Shown piece by piece: positions 8,727-18,190 of a stretch of 37,166 nucleotides of DNA. Source of the DNA: a virus. Lineage: Duplodnaviria > Caudoviricetes. The notes beneath the pieces are model-generated. The model was not told the DNA's origin. It saw only the letters and a program-made list of their open reading frames with translations, and did not search any database. The stretch is taken from the IMG/VR virus record IMGVR_UViG_3300020420_000036, positions 1 to 37,166 of that record; one strand, 5' to 3'. Within the stretch, counting starts at the first letter, position 1. Every line of letters starts with the position of its first letter. The position numbers and the translations under genes are program-made.

Positions 8727-11700
8727 TTAAGTCCTAACAACAAAATCCGAATAGATAGGATTAATCGGCCCACCTCTTACCAAAACGAATATTCTCATAC
8801 CGTTTCCATAACTTTGTGTGGATTGCATACCCACATAAGATCTAGATGCAGAAGTTGTTGATGTATCGGTTCCAGTGTGCCAAGAATATATGTCTCTGTA
8901 GTTAAGAACATCGCCATTCGCAGAAGTATAATCTCCCACAGATGATGCGCTAGGCGCAACTCCAATCCCGTTATCAAGACTATAAGACCCAGTGATGTCT
9001 GTTGCAAGACTTACCTGTTTTCCATCCAGATCGTATTTAGGAGACGTTGCAGTACCAATACTAGTGAATCCTCCAAGTGTAGATGAACTTGCACCAGAAT
9101 AACACAATAAATCCATTTCAGAGTTTGGATAGATAAACTTCTGTGTTGTCATTGGAGATGGGAAAGTAAATACAAAGGTCTTATCCTGAGTAATTGACAA
9201 TTGTTCTTGAGGATTAATAATCGCCGGACTATCTATTTGTGGAATTGTCGCAGACACATGGAAATCCCAAGGCTTAAGAACATCATCTTCTCTTACAACA
9301 AATCGATATATTGCAATTGTATCTTTATGTAAATTAGACCAAGCACTTGGTATATCTCTATCCTCCGGTATTTCTAATAAGTAAGATGCGGTAGAAGAAT
9401 CTGTTTCTTCTGTAGAATTATAGTTTTCATAGGAAAATTTGAGTTGTTCTCCATTCACCAACTCATTCTTGAGGTATATTGTATCCTGTGGCATAGAGTA
9501 AACATACTCATTTTGAGTGCTAAGAGTTATATCTCTGAATGATACATCACCATTAGATTCTATAAAATAACCATTTGGATATGGAGAAGAATCAATTTCT
9601 ACTCCATTTACAAAAACATCTAACCTATTGACTTCGTAGAGGGGTTTAATTTGAGTCTGTGATCTTATTTGTGAAGAACCACCAAATGGATTTATGTATT
9701 TGTTTTGATATCCAGCCCCATTCCAAACATAAGATAAAATAATCTTTGTATTTTCTGGGCTGAAATAAGATTTAATTTCTAGTACATCACTATTGCCTAA
9801 CTGTACAGTATCACCTCTAACATATTTAAATATCGGATCTATTACCATCGCTGCAGAAACTTCATCAACAATAAATGTATAAGTGTTTCCAGAGTCTTCC
9901 ATAATAATACTGGAACCTATTGAGAAAGGTGTTGAGTCTGATTCATTAACTACTACAGAAACAGTAAATTCTCCTTGGGTTCCGGTCTGTGTTACAGATA
10001 CTCCAGATTCCGTTCTATTTCCGTTATCAAATGTAAGATCTGCAGCTGCAAACCCTGCCGGAATATTAAAAGCTGCAACCTTAACTGTGAAGTTTATTTC
10101 CTGATCAACAGTATAATGAGAACTTGGTATGATTGATCCGTTTAATAGAACTCTTCTTGGTTCCACTAAAACGCCAGAAGAATTGTACCACCCCTTCCTA
10201 GACAAAGATTTAGGATTGGAAGAATTTGCGCCGGGCATATTTGGGCCCTCAACAAGATCAGATATGTATGCATTAGGAATAATATTATCTGTATCTTTTG
10301 TGACAAACTGAAGATACCAGTATTCGTCATTTTCTTTTACAATATTATAATCCGTTCCTTCGACAAGGTTAGTTACACCATTACTTCCCCCAGAATCAAT
10401 GTCCAACATTTGAACTTGATATGGCGATAACCCAGACTCTGCTGGGCCTAATTGTTCTTGTCTAGAAAGACTTAATGTATTTAATTTTTTAGGGACATAT
10501 CTAAGCCCATCCGGATTAGATAATTGAATACCAGATGTTGCTGCTGATGCATAAGATATGATCGCAAATTCCTGATCTGCAGTTTCTATCGCATCAGTTG
10601 GTGCGTTGGGAGATGGAGTTCCTGTCTGACCAATTGGGTATCCTAACATATCTCCTGCAGTATTAAGTCCCACATCGGGCGGCATAAGTCTGTTATAAAC
10701 ACCCTTTGTAGTATAATTAGATCCAAGAGGAAGTGCATAATTTCCAGAACCCAAAGCATAATCCGCAATATTGATTTCGTGAATTGGATCATAATCACTA
10801 GGAGGGCTTCTATAACTTGTTCCCCTGTAGTATGATGTGCCTGCAGAAGAAACTGCTACTGGATCTTTATCAGTAACGATGGTAAATTGTATTGGTGTCT
10901 CTGGTGTTAGTTGAGTTCCATCAGTTTTAAAGATTGGGCCCAAATCTGTTGTTTCGATGACTGTCTTTCCGTTAGCAAAAGTTTGTGACGAATATGATGC
11001 ATAGAAACCCATGTTAAAATCGGACGCCTCTGTGGGACGCTTAGAGGGTGCATAGACGCAATGAACAGGAGACTTTCCGTCTTCCAGATCTATTTTACCA
11101 GAAATATTATTGACATGACGTTGCACAACAAACCATGCATAGTCATCATCGTCTACAGACGCCTGATCTTGAATAAAAAACGCAGTACCATGATCTGAAC
11201 AAGTAAGTCGATAAGATATAGGATAACTTCCGGCAATATTTGTATCAGTCTTTCCTTGTCTTCTATAAAAACCAGATTTTGCTTTATTTCCTCTTTCGTC
11301 AAACTTATAGTAGACATCAGAAAGTTCGCCTGGGTTTCTAGTTGGGCCAGAAGTTATGCCATCTCTACCCACTGTCTGAGATATAGTTCCGTCATCTAAT
11401 ATTTGGAATTTAGTTCCAATATTTACATGAATATATTCATCTCTGGTATCATAAAAGAATCTCATTCTCCATTTTTGTGGTGTTCGATTTTCCTGTGCGA
11501 CCTGAGAAGCAACGGCAGTAGTAGGTATAAATGTGTTAGAAGAATCAATGTCTTTTAGTGAGGAAAGAATGTCTGTTCCTTTTTCTGATTCTACTACAAA
11601 TACAGATCCGATTCTCCTAATACAATCCATAACAGAAGTGTGATCTTGTTGTCCATCAAAATTTATTGGCGGATGTGTAATATCAGAATCCTGTACTCTT

Positions 11701-12488
11701 GGGTAAATAATATTGTATGCTTGAGGTTCTACTTCAGAGTTAGGAATTATTAACATCCACTCTCCCTCTGCATAAGAAGTCGTAGAGGAATCAGACTTTG
11801 GCGATATTACAGTTATATTTGCAACATTATCCGTGACAGAATCTATCACAAACATACCAGATCCATATTTTTCTCTAATCCTTTTTCCGACATCATTTGC
11901 ATCAAAATTGACAGATGCCCCGTCAGAATCAGTGACTGTTATTGTTCCTGTCTGTTCAATGAAATTAGTTGCGAGATCAATAGTAGCAGTAGATTTCTTC
12001 TGTTGATTAGATGACCACGCTTCAGAGAAATCATTTCGATATGGATGTAATGTTAAGTCTTTCGCAAGACTTTGAAGAATTCCTGCTGGATCCGCATTTC
12101 CTGAGTTAACTACAGGGAAGTATTGAACTAGGATTTTTAATCCTGCAGCTGGCGCAGTTTTAAATGTTATAGTCCCATTATCAGAATCATCTGAAGTTTG
12201 GGGGGGAGTGTAGTAGAATTCTCCATTGTTCGAAAAAGAAGAATCGCCAGTTATATTATCTAAACTATATTCTGGCCCATTTACAGAAACTTGGAACACG
12301 CGAAACTGCTGAACGTCTGATAAGTTCACATTTGGTTTCTTTCCTTCTTCCGCATAAACTGGAAATGAAGTTGATGTCCCATCTCCTTGTAATAGGTGAG
12401 TATAATAAGGAGGTTGAACAGTAAGTATTTCATTTCTTTGTACTGAAAATCCGGAAGACTTAAATGGATAATTCAAAGTCGAAGACAT
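8727..12488 (-). CDS. Putative virion structural protein, paralogue C (1253 aa)
   Basis: Shares ordered blocks with the two upstream genes: YPISYRLT, DDYAWFVVQRHV, KSPVHCVY, RFVVREDDVLKPWD, IINPQEQLSITQD, GMQSTQSYGNGMRIF. RBS GAGG. Confidence 0.85.
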   Translation of the reverse strand: MSSTLNYPFKSSGFSVQRNEILTVQPPYYTHLLQGDGTSTSFPVYAEEGKKPNVNLSDVQQFRVFQVSVNGPEYSLDNITGDSSFSNNGEFYYTPPQTSDDSDNGTITFKTAPAAGLKILVQYFPVVNSGNADPAGILQSLAKDLTLHPYRNDFSEAWSSNQQKKSTATIDLATNFIEQTGTITVTDSDGASVNFDANDVGKRIREKYGSGMFVIDSVTDNVANITVISPKSDSSTTSYAEGEWMLIIPNSEVEPQAYNIIYPRVQDSDITHPPINFDGQQDHTSVMDCIRRIGSVFVVESEKGTDILSSLKDIDSSNTFIPTTAVASQVAQENRTPQKWRMRFFYDTRDEYIHVNIGTKFQILDDGTISQTVGRDGITSGPTRNPGELSDVYYKFDERGNKAKSGFYRRQGKTDTNIAGSYPISYRLTCSDHGTAFFIQDQASVDDDDYAWFVVQRHVNNISGKIDLEDGKSPVHCVYAPSKRPTEASDFNMGFYASYSSQTFANGKTVIETTDLGPIFKTDGTQLTPETPIQFTIVTDKDPVAVSSAGTSYYRGTSYRSPPSDYDPIHEINIADYALGSGNYALPLGSNYTTKGVYNRLMPPDVGLNTAGDMLGYPIGQTGTPSPNAPTDAIETADQEFAIISYASAATSGIQLSNPDGLRYVPKKLNTLSLSRQEQLGPAESGLSPYQVQMLDIDSGGSNGVTNLVEGTDYNIVKENDEYWYLQFVTKDTDNIIPNAYISDLVEGPNMPGANSSNPKSLSRKGWYNSSGVLVEPRRVLLNGSIIPSSHYTVDQEINFTVKVAAFNIPAGFAAADLTFDNGNRTESGVSVTQTGTQGEFTVSVVVNESDSTPFSIGSSIIMEDSGNTYTFIVDEVSAAMVIDPIFKYVRGDTVQLGNSDVLEIKSYFSPENTKIILSYVWNGAGYQNKYINPFGGSSQIRSQTQIKPLYEVNRLDVFVNGVEIDSSPYPNGYFIESNGDVSFRDITLSTQNEYVYSMPQDTIYLKNELVNGEQLKFSYENYNSTEETDSSTASYLLEIPEDRDIPSAWSNLHKDTIAIYRFVVREDDVLKPWDFHVSATIPQIDSPAIINPQEQLSITQDKTFVFTFPSPMTTQKFIYPNSEMDLLCYSGASSSTLGGFTSIGTATSPKYDLDGKQVSLATDITGSYSLDNGIGVAPSASSVGDYTSANGDVLNYRDIYSWHTGTDTSTTSASRSYVGMQSTQSYGNGMRIFVLVRGGPINPIYSDFVVRT

Positions 12489-12504
12489 ACTTTCCTCTTT
12501 ATAT

Positions 12505-12512
12505 TATTTATG
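12505..12512 (-). promoter_or_regulatory. Putative T4-type late promoter CATAAATA
   Basis: Intergenic, followed by ATATAAAGAGGAAAGT-ATG (RBS and start of paralogue C). Confidence 0.7.
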
Positions 12513-12522
12513 AGATGTCGTT

Positions 12523-12563
12523 AGGGGATTCGAACCTACTATGTAGTAGTGTCGAATCCACCT
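12523..12563 (-). other. Long stem-loop spanning the stop codon of paralogue B
   Basis: Minus strand AGG-T-GGATTCGA-CA-CTACT-ACAT-AGTAG-GT-TCGAATCC-CCT gives 3+8+5 Watson-Crick pairs, with no T tract following. Confidence 0.65.
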
Positions 12564-15500
12564 TCAGTGACATCACTGTATCGTACACTAGAACCAGTAA
12601 CCTGTAAGAATACTCTCATACCATTACCATTTGGTTCTGTACTCATCATACCTTCATACTTTCTCTTTGCTCTTTTCCAAATATATTGTCTGTTATCCGG
12701 CCCAGTATGCGATGCATATGCAAAGTCCAATGAGTCGTTTGCCACACTCTCTGGATTTATATCACCAAATATTGTTGATTTACTTCCATTGGAGTCTGAA
12801 TACTTGTTAATTTCAATGTGACCAGCCTGCGTAGAGAAGTCAGCAGAAGAAATCGCAATCAAGTCTAATTCACTTCTAGGATAATAGAATCTCTGAGAAG
12901 TCAACTGAGTTGGGAAACTAAATACGAAATCCCTATCCTGAGTAATTGACAACTGTTCTTGTGGGTTGATGATTGAGTTAGAATCTGCTTCATGCATTGT
13001 TGCAGAAACGTGATAATCCCAAGGTTTCAGCACATCACTTTCTCTTACGACAAACCTGTTGATAGTCTTAACAGAGTTTTGGTTACGATCCGGAAGATCT
13101 CTATCCGGCGGAACTGTCACAATGTATGTGGTCTGCGATGGAGTAGATGAGTTATAGTTCACCAACTTCATAGAGAACGAAGAACCTGATCTTGGTGTGT
13201 CTCTAAAGTACAGAGTCTGGTTGAAGAAGTCATACAGATATCTGTTAGGCCCTGCAGTCAAGTTCAACTGAGAGGTTCCGTAATCTGAGAAGATTGGATC
13301 GCCTGGCAATTTACCTCTCAACGCAACAGAGTCTGTAGAAGTTACTAGATAGTCAGATGAAGTTAGTGCTTGTAAATTAGTTACAAAGGTTGCGTCAAAC
13401 GGATCTCCAGATCCAGTGGAACTCTTAGTTTCGTTTGTTGTCCCGCCTGGGCCACCTTGCAAATTATTAACAAAAGATAGAGTATCTCCTGCAGCGTTTT
13501 CTGGCAACTTAAAGCTGGTTCCAAATGCATCCACACCAGCGTTATCAAGACCCTCTAAGAATCTTTGTACTGTTGCCGGATCTCCATTTCGTACCCATTC
13601 GTCATATGTAAGAACATATGCGTTAGGATCTCGTAGGATTTCTACACCGTCAAGGGCAACTACTAAACTTTCAAATACCTTTTCTCTGTTTGCAGATACT
13701 TCGTTGAAGAGAATATCTAAAAGTGCGTATGATGGATCGTCCCAATCGCCCAATGTAAGGGGATCTTGGCCCGCAGAGGCAGCACCGCCTGTTGCGTCAT
13801 CAAATGATGATACAGCGCTTATTTCAGAAACTGGGAATGTTACGTTTCCGGAAAGTTGAGTACCTAATTGTTGGCCAGGGTTTGTCTGCCAACTTGCTCC
13901 TGCTTGAGGCCCGATTGTCAACGAACCAGATGCCGCAGAATAACTTGCACCGCTAGTTACATTACCGATATTAGTAAACCTACCGGATCGTCCTAGTGCT
14001 TCAAATCCTAAAATACTTAGTTCTGATACTCTATTTCCACCAGAATTCCAATAAGTGGTTGCAACCGCATCACTGACATCCGCACCACCAATAAAACCAA
14101 CATCTAATTCATCTTTATATATTGGTACGCCTGGCGTTGCCTGAGGAATAGCGTATGTTCCTGTGAAGTCAATTGCGTTCACAAAGTCATTAAAGAAACT
14201 CTGATCCCTGTTAACAAAGATTGTAGGAGCTTCCGTTTCCAATTCCCTACCAAAACTATCAAAGATATTTCTTGGTTTAGAAAGATCCGCGACATCTTGT
14301 GTTGAGTAATATGTATTTAAGTCACTAATTTCTACTGGTCGTTTTGTTGGTGAGTATACACAGTGTACAGGAGACTTACCAGAGAATTCTGGTTGTCCTG
14401 TAGACTGGTCAACATGACGTTGCACAACAAACCATGCGTAGTCATCATCTTGGTCTACTGACGCCTGATCAAATATGAACAATCCCATACCGTGATCGGT
14501 TACTGTCATTCTATATGACATCGGATATGAACGTGCTACTTCATCTTCACTCTTAGATACTCTAGTAAAGAATTGTGACTTGGCCTTTTGTATTCTGGTG
14601 ACAACACCTCGACCAATGCTGGGTTCTTGATAAACGTCACACAATTCGCCAGGCTCTCTGTAGATAGGATATTTCGCACCGTCTCTTCCTTGACCTTGTG
14701 TAATTGTCATGTCATCAAGGAGTTGATATTCTGTTGCGACATTGACCTTAATCTGAGCACCATCACCACTATATTCAAACCGGATTCTCCAGTTTTGTGG
14801 TTTAGTTTTGTTCGATGTTGGATCCGTTGAGATTGGAGTCAATTCGTCATCTGATAGCAAGTCAGTCCCTCTTGCGGATTCTACAAGAAACTTTGTAGTG
14901 ACTTGTTTTAGTGCGGCAAGAACATCTGCCTTATCATTACTTACTGGTTTGGGGTGAATCAAATTAAATGCAGGGATGAACTGATCATCGTCATTAAATT
15001 CTAAAAGAAATAAATTTCCCTCTGTTATATGTAGAAGAGAATCTGGATCGGCAGTTGTTGTATTCAGTCCGTTAACATCTAATAATATAGTTGCGTTGCC
15101 AGAGTCTGACGAACCAGTTGTATCTGTTGGTGCGGTATAAGTTATATCGTCAGAAGCATAAGTCAGCGTTTCTCCTGCCGAAAAATAAGGCCCAAACTTC
15201 GCTCCGTATGGAACAGCAAGAGAGTGTTTCCAGTGAAAACCTACAACAATATCAACAGAACTTGCATCCGACACCCAATTAAATGTGGACGAATCTACCA
15301 ATAATTTGATAGTCACTGAACGAGATCCATTATCTTCTACAGACCAATATTCATCTTGAATAACTCTTCCGTCAATAGATACTCTAAATTCGCCATCTCC
15401 CAAATCTGCGATAGAAAATGGAAATGTCGAAGTTAATGTAGCAGGACTAGATGGCCCAGCAGTTGAAATATCTACGCCGGGATATGTTATTGCGTGTTCT

Positions 15501-16144
15501 CGAATAAGTTTGAAGACTGACTTCATAGTTCTTTGGTTTTTTGGTGCAGTCGGAGAATTTTCTCTAAAATCGAAACTAAATGCCTCTGAAAGACCAATTG
15601 GATTAGCGGAACCCATATACTTGAATATCTCTGGAGAATCGTATGGATGAACACACATATCACTTGCAAGTTGGAAAAGAAGTCCACCTCTGGAACCAGT
15701 CCATTGACTTTCATGTTCTTGATATGTAATCTCTAAGATTTCGTTACCTGATGGACTATACTCTGGTGCGAATTCGATGCCTCCGAATACGCCAAGACTC
15801 TGATCGAACTTTACTGCGCCTAATCCAGAAACAGTATCTCCTTCTGCGTAGGTTTCAGTAGAAGAATCCCAGATTGCTTGGTCAGTCTTACCAGAAGCAG
15901 TACCGTTCTGTGCAGAAGAGTTTCCTCCATTTGTGATAGAGCCCGGAGCAATCGTTCTGTCTAGGTCATAACGAACACCACCAACTTTGATGCTCCACTC
16001 CCAATCTTTATTTGTGAAATCAATCTTAGACCTCAAGAAAAACTGGTTCTTTGTACCTTCAGCAGAATGGGTTTCATATTGCTGACGATGAGGTATATTA
16101 ATGATTTCATTTCTTTGAATACTATATCCACTTGCAACAGGCAT
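12539..16144 (-). CDS. Putative virion structural protein, paralogue B (1201 aa)
   Basis: Same conserved core: YPMSYRMTVTDHG, DDDYAWFVVQRHV, RFVVRESDVLKPWD, GMMSTEPNGNGMRVF. Strong RBS AAGGAGA and an upstream late promoter. Confidence 0.85.
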   Translation of the reverse strand: MPVASGYSIQRNEIINIPHRQQYETHSAEGTKNQFFLRSKIDFTNKDWEWSIKVGGVRYDLDRTIAPGSITNGGNSSAQNGTASGKTDQAIWDSSTETYAEGDTVSGLGAVKFDQSLGVFGGIEFAPEYSPSGNEILEITYQEHESQWTGSRGGLLFQLASDMCVHPYDSPEIFKYMGSANPIGLSEAFSFDFRENSPTAPKNQRTMKSVFKLIREHAITYPGVDISTAGPSSPATLTSTFPFSIADLGDGEFRVSIDGRVIQDEYWSVEDNGSRSVTIKLLVDSSTFNWVSDASSVDIVVGFHWKHSLAVPYGAKFGPYFSAGETLTYASDDITYTAPTDTTGSSDSGNATILLDVNGLNTTTADPDSLLHITEGNLFLLEFNDDDQFIPAFNLIHPKPVSNDKADVLAALKQVTTKFLVESARGTDLLSDDELTPISTDPTSNKTKPQNWRIRFEYSGDGAQIKVNVATEYQLLDDMTITQGQGRDGAKYPIYREPGELCDVYQEPSIGRGVVTRIQKAKSQFFTRVSKSEDEVARSYPMSYRMTVTDHGMGLFIFDQASVDQDDDYAWFVVQRHVDQSTGQPEFSGKSPVHCVYSPTKRPVEISDLNTYYSTQDVADLSKPRNIFDSFGRELETEAPTIFVNRDQSFFNDFVNAIDFTGTYAIPQATPGVPIYKDELDVGFIGGADVSDAVATTYWNSGGNRVSELSILGFEALGRSGRFTNIGNVTSGASYSAASGSLTIGPQAGASWQTNPGQQLGTQLSGNVTFPVSEISAVSSFDDATGGAASAGQDPLTLGDWDDPSYALLDILFNEVSANREKVFESLVVALDGVEILRDPNAYVLTYDEWVRNGDPATVQRFLEGLDNAGVDAFGTSFKLPENAAGDTLSFVNNLQGGPGGTTNETKSSTGSGDPFDATFVTNLQALTSSDYLVTSTDSVALRGKLPGDPIFSDYGTSQLNLTAGPNRYLYDFFNQTLYFRDTPRSGSSFSMKLVNYNSSTPSQTTYIVTVPPDRDLPDRNQNSVKTINRFVVRESDVLKPWDYHVSATMHEADSNSIINPQEQLSITQDRDFVFSFPTQLTSQRFYYPRSELDLIAISSADFSTQAGHIEINKYSDSNGSKSTIFGDINPESVANDSLDFAYASHTGPDNRQYIWKRAKRKYEGMMSTEPNGNGMRVFLQVTGSSVRYSDVTEGGFDTTT

Positions 16145-16180
16145 TATTTTCTCCTTTGAGACATATTTTACTTATCTGAC

Positions 16181-16188
16181 TATTTATA
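16181..16188 (-). promoter_or_regulatory. T4-type late promoter TATAAATA
   Basis: Perfect gp55 consensus in the intergenic gap, 36 nt upstream of the ATG at 16144. Confidence 0.85.
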
Positions 16189-16204
16189 AAACTTTTTTCA
16201 TCAC

Positions 16205-18181
16205 TTAAATTAAGTTTGCGGAAGTATCTGTTCCAATGTTAACATCGCTGTTAAAGATGTGTCTTCCGTTCACTAATAACATAATTCTCATGCCATTTCC
16301 ATTGGCAAGAGTTGACCTCATTCCCTGATATCTTCTATTGTCTGCGTTTCCAGAAGGAAGATATGTATTCATAGGAACATTACTTCCTTCAGCCACAACC
16401 TCTGCAGAAGAAAAACATATGAGGTCTATTTCTTCTTTCGGATACATAAATCTTTGTGTTGTTAGACCAGTTGGGAATGTAATTACAAATCTATTGTCGT
16501 TAGTGATCGCTAACTGTTCTAAAGGATTTATAATCGCATTGCTGTCGGTCTGATGTTTAGTCGCAAGTTTATGAACATCCCAAGGTTTTAATATATCAAA
16601 TTCTCTCGCAACAAATCGCCAGATAAGTTTTGCAGTAAATTCATCTGCAAGAGAATCTTCTCTGTCATATGGGCTTAGAATATAAAAACTATCATTATTC
16701 AAACTATCGACAGAATAACTATTACCTTCGTTATCGAAAACAGTATTCACTGTAGTTTCTGCCGTTTGTAGATTCGCGGCACTCTCAGAAAAGTATACAC
16801 CGAAATCTCTTGCATATACACTTTCTCTTGAACAAGAATACAGAACATGAACTGGGTATCTTGAAGCTTCGTCAGTAGGTGTAGTTCCTTCTGTATTGTC
16901 TACAGTTCTCTGCACACAAGTCCAAGCATAATCATCTGACTGATCACTGGCCGCATCGTCAAATATATAGAAAACAAATCCTCTTTCTGTCATAGTCAAC
17001 CGATATGACATGGGGTAAGTTCCCTCAAGATTAGTTCCAATCTTTGGAAATCTCTTGAACCAGCCCTTTCCTTTTCTTTTATTTCTAAATCTCTTACTTC
17101 TATTTATTTCAGTAGTAACAAGAGTTAGTGCGAGAGCAAGACTGCTATCTGCACCAGTTACTGTCTCTCCTTCGACAAAAGGAATACCATTCCAATCTGC
17201 AAAAGTAATACTTTGTGTAGTAGATGCGGTAGAACAACTATGGACGGTTGCTGATGCTCCTCCTGTTCCAGATATGACTTCACCTACGGTATATTTGTTC
17301 ACTCCATCATATGGCAATATTAATGATTGTGCTGGGATAGTGACATCTTCAAAATGTAAATCAACCAGTTCGCCCGGAGTCCTGACTACAGAAGTTGTAA
17401 GAGTAGATCCATTTTCCAGAGTGATTAATCCATCATTTCCCGATATGGATTCTAATACACTACCGTCATTCAAAAGTTGATTGGATGTTCCTATGTTCAC
17501 TTTTAACCAACCGTACATACAGTTTGGTATTCCTTCCGATTCTGTCCAAGATCCATTAAATGTATATCCAACGTGTACGAGATTATTATCCGCATCTTTA
17601 GAGTTCTCAAGAAGATGCTGAGATTCTGAAGTTTCGTTGATATTTGCACCAGAAACATATTGCGCCCTGCCCATAGATCTCAATTTTAAATTAAGTTGAT
17701 AAAGTTCTCTCTTATATTCTGTATCTGTTGTATTCAATCTTGGCCTTTCATCAAACTCAAATCTTACTCTGTATGACTGATCGACACCTCTAGAAACCGC
17801 TCCACGATTTGGAAGAATCTCGTTGGTTGTTTCTAGTAAAAGAACGTGTTGTCGTTTATTTCCAACCGGCCCAAAATTTGCTTGACCGGAATATGGTTGT
17901 GAATCTAAATTAAGTTGATTGAAGAATTTTTTAGTAATATCGGTGGCGGCGTTATCCCCTACTCCGACTAATTGTATTTTATTATCTGGAGTAGTTTCTC
18001 CGTTATACAATTGCCATGATGCAGTCATATCAGATGCAAGAGTCATCATCAGTCCAACACCAGAAACCGCTCCGGTGCTGTCAATTCCTCCAGTATCCGT
18101 GAGTTTGGTGAATCCAGACCTTGCAACGGATATTCCGTAGTTGGGCAAATCACTAAGACTGTTTATAATTTTTACTGCCAT
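16205..18181 (-). CDS. Putative virion structural protein, paralogue A (658 aa, shortest member)
   Basis: Core blocks YPMSYRLTMTERG, DDYAWTCVQRTV, RFVAREFDILKPWD, IINPLEQLAIT, YQGMRSTLANGNGMRI. Confidence 0.85.
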   Translation of the reverse strand: MAVKIINSLSDLPNYGISVARSGFTKLTDTGGIDSTGAVSGVGLMMTLASDMTASWQLYNGETTPDNKIQLVGVGDNAATDITKKFFNQLNLDSQPYSGQANFGPVGNKRQHVLLLETTNEILPNRGAVSRGVDQSYRVRFEFDERPRLNTTDTEYKRELYQLNLKLRSMGRAQYVSGANINETSESQHLLENSKDADNNLVHVGYTFNGSWTESEGIPNCMYGWLKVNIGTSNQLLNDGSVLESISGNDGLITLENGSTLTTSVVRTPGELVDLHFEDVTIPAQSLILPYDGVNKYTVGEVISGTGGASATVHSCSTASTTQSITFADWNGIPFVEGETVTGADSSLALALTLVTTEINRSKRFRNKRKGKGWFKRFPKIGTNLEGTYPMSYRLTMTERGFVFYIFDDAASDQSDDYAWTCVQRTVDNTEGTTPTDEASRYPVHVLYSCSRESVYARDFGVYFSESAANLQTAETTVNTVFDNEGNSYSVDSLNNDSFYILSPYDREDSLADEFTAKLIWRFVAREFDILKPWDVHKLATKHQTDSNAIINPLEQLAITNDNRFVITFPTGLTTQRFMYPKEEIDLICFSSAEVVAEGSNVPMNTYLPSGNADNRRYQGMRSTLANGNGMRIMLLVNGRHIFNSDVNIGTDTSANLI

Positions 18182-18190
18182 AATATATCT

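Noticed and set aside
12526-12536. GGTTCGAATCC tRNA T-loop-like motif (possible tRNA or attP)
   Set aside because: The T-stem would have only 2-3 pairs, with no acceptor stem or cloverleaf, and the upstream sequence is coding. The hairpin explains it better.
9182-14449. Matching DNA patches as DGR template/variable repeats
   Set aside because: Too short, located in conserved coding blocks with one synonymous mismatch each, and no reverse transcriptase in the window.
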